Positions 62,493 through 64,000 of a stretch of DNA of 64,000 nucleotides are shown piece by piece; position 1 is the first letter of the stretch, and each line of letters starts with the position of its first letter. A program made the position numbers and the translations under genes. The notes below the pieces were generated by a model. That model was given only the letters and a program-made list of their open reading frames with translations. It searched no databases and had not been told where the DNA came from. The stretch is taken from assembly GCA_001599295.1 (NCBI GenBank), contig BCGN01000002.1, positions 868,001 through 932,000 on the forward strand, given 5' to 3'. The DNA is from Sporopachydermia quercuum (taxonomy: Eukaryota).

Positions 62493-63575
62493 GTGCAAGG
62501 AGAATAGTGTGAGTTTATTTGCTACCCTACAATAGAACCAAAACAATATTTGGAAGCCATTAAATAATTAGTTAGATACTACATATTGATGAAAGAATAT
62601 AATATAAAGAAAACATGGTTACGTGATTTAGCAGAGGAATCTTTGTTTAAGCTGACAATTGAGATATTTTATACCTTCAGAGACCAACAATTAACTATGT
62701 AATGAGCAGAAGTCCAACAAAATCATATGCATCAACGNGTCTATTCAATCTAAAAAGCCTTTCATTAGATTAATTACTGAAAGTACACTAAAGCAATGTT
62801 TCGTACATGTGAGATCTCAAATCATAAAAGTTGCAGTGTATGACAAACATTAAATTAATTACATACTGATTTCTTTGAGATCGTAGTCATTGTTATCGAC
62901 TGTTGAGGAGACGAAACATGAAAGGGGACTTCTTAGTTACAGTTAATTAGGTGACCATTCCATGGTTACATCAATTGAGACAATGCCGCAAACCGGCGCA
63001 AAGATAGATTATCAGTTGAACGGTTCAATTTTGTTCTATTTAACATATTTTCGATACGTACTCCCTTATATAATTAGAATCTATTCTTTTGGTTTTCTTA
63101 GATCCAATGGAAGACTCATCTTATTGCATGAACGAAATGTTACTCCCCAAATAGCCAACAAAAAGAAATCACTAAAATTAGACATTGAAATAAAGTTGGG
63201 TCTACACTTTCCCCACTTTGACTTGTCAGGTGACCGGACATATTTTCTTATTTGCTGGAAGAGATGGATAAATGATGAATGGGCTGAATATGTATAATGG
63301 TCTATTATTTTGATCGTAAATACAAAGAGGGAAAACAGTGAAATCTCGATAATAGTAAGTCCGTAGTAAACATGCCTGGTATCCTAGAACTTTACTATGC
63401 GCTATGATGTCTACTTGATTAGGAGCTGATCGTTGTATAAAGTTAAATTGACACTCAAAGCGCTGAGCACGCTCAATTGACAGATGAGAGAACAGGCCGT
63501 ATATGCATGATGTATCTATTGTTTGCGGACACAGCTTCATTCGTTTATGGTCAATACTCTGTTATTTGAAACAAC

Positions 63576-64000
63576 TCATAGTTGATCAATTTTAGCAAAA
63601 TACTTGCTTGGGATTAGACCATCAGCATTACCGCCACTAAGAATTACACCATTTTCTGATCGGAAGAACTTAATTGAAGGTTCTTCAACTAGTAGTCTTT
63701 CATAATCCAAATATATTATCACATTTGCATTTCTTCTGAGTCCAGTAATGGTTTGATAATCAGGTGGAACCGATGCCGATTGGCTAGTTTTGTTGTTATA
63801 GTATGATGGAACCCCTTGAGCAAAATGTATGTGGTTTCTACCCATTCGACTAAGACCAGTTGCTTTGATTGACGCCAAATTTTTTCTATAAGTACCATGT
63901 ATTACAATTGGTTTGATTTCGTTATATAACAGTAATAACTCGTCTTCAGTCATGTTATCTTTCCTGTTTTTCTGCTTATAGTCTTCTATAACATCAATTG
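63576..64000 (-). CDS. TPT1: tRNA 2'-phosphotransferase (C-terminal part; truncated by the window end)
   Basis: HGTY, GLSRMGRNHIHFA, FFRSENGVIL motifs; the frame stays open to position 64000. Confidence 0.9.
   Translation of the reverse strand, partial: IDVIEDYKQKNRKDNMTEDELLLLYNEIKPIVIHGTYRKNLASIKATGLSRMGRNHIHFAQGVPSYYNNKTSQSASVPPDYQTITGLRRNANVIIYLDYERLLVEEPSIKFFRSENGVILSGGNADGLIPSKYFAKIDQL

Noticed and set aside
429..63540. The many 60-130 aa ORFs that overlap or lie antisense to real genes or sit in intergenic DNA (e.g. 13377-13574 poly-Q, 59980-60291, 62962-63297)
   Set aside because: Shadow frames or non-ATG starts, with composition typical of translated AT-rich non-coding DNA and no motifs.

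Overview
AT-rich eukaryotic chromosomal DNA from a budding yeast (Saccharomycotina), probably an early-diverging lineage. It reads in the standard genetic code, has frequent short introns with relaxed branch points, and keeps genes that S. cerevisiae lacks (uricase, U5-40K). About 26 protein-coding genes and one tRNA-Ser(AGA) are supportable. Most are housekeeping: CLPTM1-like, PEP12, uricase, CCM1, Mit_KHE1, VPS37, SRF1, CDC53, LYS21, SNF2 ATPase, SNRNP40, TVP15, 14-3-3, INH1, ABCB/MDR, BRE1, PAM17, GPD and partial TPT1. I reconstructed 20 coding introns by hand. Three genes are essentially invisible in the ORF track: six-exon TVP15 with a 7-nt microexon, INH1, and a four-exon UPF0768 zinc-ribbon gene. 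The best leads are (1) a full-length, apparently catalytically dead Mutator/MULE transposase that looks domesticated into a transcription factor, (2) a SNF2 ATPase with a BC-box/cullin-box-like insertion, and (3) a disordered Msa1/Msa2-like protein downstream of an Mcm1+MCB element cluster and a long, apparently spliced leader. Family assignments come from motif recognition by eye; no searches were run.
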